DNA of 64,000 nucleotides from a virus (Duplodnaviria; Caudoviricetes): IMG/VR virus record IMGVR_UViG_3300001528_000259, positions 64,001 to 128,000 of that record; one strand, 5' to 3'. Shown piece by piece: positions 61,336 to 64,000 of this stretch (position 1 is its first letter; each line of letters starts with the position of its first letter). The notes under the pieces were generated by a model. It saw only the letters and a program-made list of their open reading frames with translations, ran no database searches and was not told where the DNA came from. The position numbers and the translations under genes were made by a program.

Positions 61336-62046
61336 TCATTTCAACTCATCTGCATGACTTGAAATCCAACCACGATAATTAGTATTCAGTTCGCATACCG
61401 CTGTTCTCGGATCATCCTTAAAATGCTCAAGATAACGCACAAAACCACTGTTCTCTGGATTGTGATACAAATCAATCTGCCCACTATGTCCAATGACAAT
61501 CACCTTACAACTATCAGCCATGCGCGTCAAAGTCTTTTTTAACTCATCAAGATAATAGTTCTGAGCTTCATCTATAATAACAACCTTGTTCTCAAAGTTA
61601 CATCCCCTTAAATAAACGTGTGTAATCGCGTCTATATAAGATGTTCCATTTTTTTGATTCATAATATTGTATTGATGAACCGCCGTATTCGGGTTAATAT
61701 TAAGTTTAATTAACGCTTCTATAAATGGTTCGCTATAAACAGCCGTCTTATTTTCTATTTCGCCCGGAAGAAAACCAAGTTTGCTTTCCTGAGTAGGAGA
61801 GGAAATATAAACAATGCCGTCATACAGTCCATACTGAACTAACAAATTTGCAGTTGCCGTAGCAATAAACGTTTTACCCGTGCCTGCTCGTGCATTACAG
61901 AAAACTATAAGTTTTTCTGGATCCCATATCATATCTCTAAACACCTTTTGTTCGTCATCAAGATTAAATCCATAAAACGGATGATCTTTGAGGGTTTTAG
62001 GAGCGTCCGATCCAGCAGAATATTTTACATTATAAGATTTCGCCAT
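61336..62046 (-). CDS. phoH: PhoH-family ATPase
   Basis: AGTGKT, LGFLPG, YLRG, IIDEAQN, LTR, G...QID. Confidence 0.9.
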   Translation of the reverse strand: MAKSYNVKYSAGSDAPKTLKDHPFYGFNLDDEQKVFRDMIWDPEKLIVFCNARAGTGKTFIATATANLLVQYGLYDGIVYISSPTQESKLGFLPGEIENKTAVYSEPFIEALIKLNINPNTAVHQYNIMNQKNGTSYIDAITHVYLRGCNFENKVVIIDEAQNYYLDELKKTLTRMADSCKVIVIGHSGQIDLYHNPENSGFVRYLEHFKDDPRTAVCELNTNYRGWISSHADELK

Positions 62047-62059
62047 AAGTTATCTCCAA

Positions 62060-62809
62060 TCATTGTGTTATATCTAATGGTGCGTTCTGTTTATACAAAG
62101 ATTCATTTGGTGCAAATTCACCAAAATATTCAATTTCAGCTTGTCTACGAACATCAATTGCTTGTTGCTTGTTTGCAAAACTTCCTAAATAATAGTCTTT
62201 GCCATTACAAAACAGCCTAGCACACCACCTGTTTATTCGTTTATCAAAATATACACCTAAATTGCCACTATTATTATTTGGAAATGAAACTCTATGACGC
62301 ACATTTTCAGCTATTGTACAAACTCTTAAATTACTCTTTCTATTGTCTAATTTATTGCCATTTATATGGTCAACCACCATATCACCTGAGCAATTCATTA
62401 TAATCCTATGCATACTCACATTCGTATCATCCTTATGAGCATATGCATATCCATAATTATTCAACATCCAGCAATAATTCTTAATCAAATCATAATCTTC
62501 TATATCAAAATAGAATTCTTGGTCGTTATTAGAAAGAAAACCAATTCCATATTCTTTTGATAAATCATATTGGTTATATTTTTTACACCTATTACTCGTC
62601 TGTTCTCGATTGAAACATCCACAAGATTTAGTATGTCCACTTTTCAAATCTTGTGATGTCACGAAAACAATATTTTTATCCACGCACGAGCAAATACACT
62701 TCCACATTGGATAATGACGGCCACACGGTGCAATATAATCCTCTGATTGTTCAATTACAATAAGCCTTCCAAATTTCATTCCAGTTAAATCTTTTCTAAC
62801 TTTAACCAT
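62060..62809 (-). CDS. second HNH-AP2 homing endonuclease
   Basis: DLTGMKFGRL, SCGC, MHR, VDHINGNKLDNRKSNLR, AP2 tail. Confidence 0.88.
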   Translation of the reverse strand: MVKVRKDLTGMKFGRLIVIEQSEDYIAPCGRHYPMWKCICSCVDKNIVFVTSQDLKSGHTKSCGCFNREQTSNRCKKYNQYDLSKEYGIGFLSNNDQEFYFDIEDYDLIKNYCWMLNNYGYAYAHKDDTNVSMHRIIMNCSGDMVVDHINGNKLDNRKSNLRVCTIAENVRHRVSFPNNNSGNLGVYFDKRINRWCARLFCNGKDYYLGSFANKQQAIDVRRQAEIEYFGEFAPNESLYKQNAPLDITQ

Positions 62810-62819
62810 TTGTATATCC

Positions 62820-63446
62820 TCATTCAAACAATATGGAATAATCTTCAACTACTTCATCAACGATACCACTCTCAAATGCCTCGTACTCCGTGAAATAAAT
62901 GTCAGATGAAGCCCTTTTTTTATAAACCTTTGGATCAATTTTTGTATGACTAAGCAAAAAATCCTGATATTTCTGTTCCATTGCCTTCATATATTTCTGC
63001 GTTGACTCAACAACGCTCTGTTCACCGCCAATAAAACAACTTCCTCTATGAATCATTGTTGTGCTGCCCTTAAGAGCAAATCTCTTATGTCCGGCAACAA
63101 GAAGTTCTGCGGCGGCACTATAAGCATAACTAAAGTTGATGGTCCAACAAGGAGTCTTTGATGTCTGAATAGCCTGCATAGCAGACCACATAGCCTGAGT
63201 TTCTCCTCCTGGAGATGAAATAAAGATTTTAATTGGCTTTCTGTCCTCAATGGAAATATCTTTATCTTCCTTATTGCAGCGAATAATCATCTTAACAAGT
63301 TCAAGAAGACTATCGTTAATCTCATCATCAACCCAATAAATTCTATCTTGCATATCAAGATAATGTTGACGAAGTTCTGGATCTGGCAGTTGAAGATTTG
63401 CCGTTGATTCCGAGATTCCTACGAGTAGATTATTAAGTTCGTCCAT
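62820..63446 (-). CDS. clpP: ClpP-like serine protease
   Basis: PIKIFISSPGG, YSAA (Ser), MIH (His), SDIY (Asp), GIVDEV. Confidence 0.85.
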   Translation of the reverse strand: MDELNNLLVGISESTANLQLPDPELRQHYLDMQDRIYWVDDEINDSLLELVKMIIRCNKEDKDISIEDRKPIKIFISSPGGETQAMWSAMQAIQTSKTPCWTINFSYAYSAAAELLVAGHKRFALKGSTTMIHRGSCFIGGEQSVVESTQKYMKAMEQKYQDFLLSHTKIDPKVYKKRASSDIYFTEYEAFESGIVDEVVEDYSILFE

Positions 63447-63588
63447 AGTTTGTTCTCCTTTGTGTTTCGTTTTAGTTTTGTGATAGGGAAATACTAACGT
63501 AGATACCTCTACTTATGTATATCAGTTAAGAAAAATTCGACCACTTTCTTAGCTGATTAATATTCCAATAGCATTTTCCTATGGTTTA

Positions 63589-63999
63589 TCAATCATTTTG
63601 TTGTGTTAGATTTTTTCTATTTTTTTCTGCCCAAAGTCTTTTTTGTTCAGTTTGAACTATTTTAGCACACTCTTCACAATATTTCTTTGGTTTTGTTTTA
63701 CTCTGTTTCATTAGTCTGTGACACCTATGACACTTTGTGTAACCTTTTCCATTGTTTTTCCAACTAAGATATACGTATGCAAGCTCTTGACAATCAAGTT
63801 CATCGATTGACAGCACTTCTTCCCCATCACAAATAATTTTCACAAATAGACATTTCGTATCATTCTTTTTCGGAGATTCAATCATGCCACATTTAAGAAG
63901 CTTGTGCAAAATATATTCTCTATCTTCCGCAGGAACAGAAATGCGAGCCATCTTACACAAATCCGTAATAGAATACTTCACAAGCCCATTGGTGAACCC
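63589..63999 (-). CDS. partial hypothetical protein with C-terminal Zn finger; continues beyond window
   Basis: Frame open to window edge; C..C..KYC..C. Confidence 0.6.
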   Translation of the reverse strand, partial: GFTNGLVKYSITDLCKMARISVPAEDREYILHKLLKCGMIESPKKNDTKCLFVKIICDGEEVLSIDELDCQELAYVYLSWKNNGKGYTKCHRCHRLMKQSKTKPKKYCEECAKIVQTEQKRLWAEKNRKNLTQQND

Positions 64000-64000
64000 A

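Noticed and set aside
1-64000. CRISPR array, diversity-generating retroelement, invertase shufflon or stop-codon reassignment
   Set aside because: No spaced repeats, reverse transcriptase, recombinase or TR/VR pair seen; genes are full length in code 11 and use all three stop codons

Overview
This window is the late (virion morphogenesis) region of a large, AT-rich, SPbeta-like siphophage or prophage, probably of a clostridial Firmicute. The host and the SPbeta-like assignment are inferred from gene order and protein motifs; no database search was run. Almost everything lies on the minus strand. Reading from ~64 kb downward: ClpP-like protease, HNH-AP2 endonuclease, PhoH, YonK-like protein, two tRNAs (Thr-UGU, Arg-UCG), HU, metallophosphoesterase, a second HNH-AP2, small and large terminase, portal, prohead protease/scaffold, decoration protein, major capsid, head-tail proteins and major tail protein. 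Next come a ~16 kb array of fibre/appendage genes containing a captured DUF859-holin-amidase cassette, then the tape measure gene, Dit, Tal-like protein, tail-tip proteins, holins, a free-standing Vsr/EDxHD-like endonuclease and a convergent Arc-like repressor. Main observations: (1) The three apparent tape-measure ORFs are one ~3,700-aa gene split by two group I introns (21742-20423 and 15696-14332). Both have exact splice junctions, P1/P7 pairings and their own endonuclease. (2) An ADP-ribosyltransferase-like domain is embedded in the tape measure. (3) A strand-specific 10-mer, CAAAATGATT, recurs at least 10 times at gene junctions, promoters and inside intron 2. (4) Both tRNAs carry swaps in near-invariant elbow tertiary pairs. 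(5) There are several candidate structured ncRNAs, a beta-helix split across two in-frame genes, and a paralogous modular fibre array.
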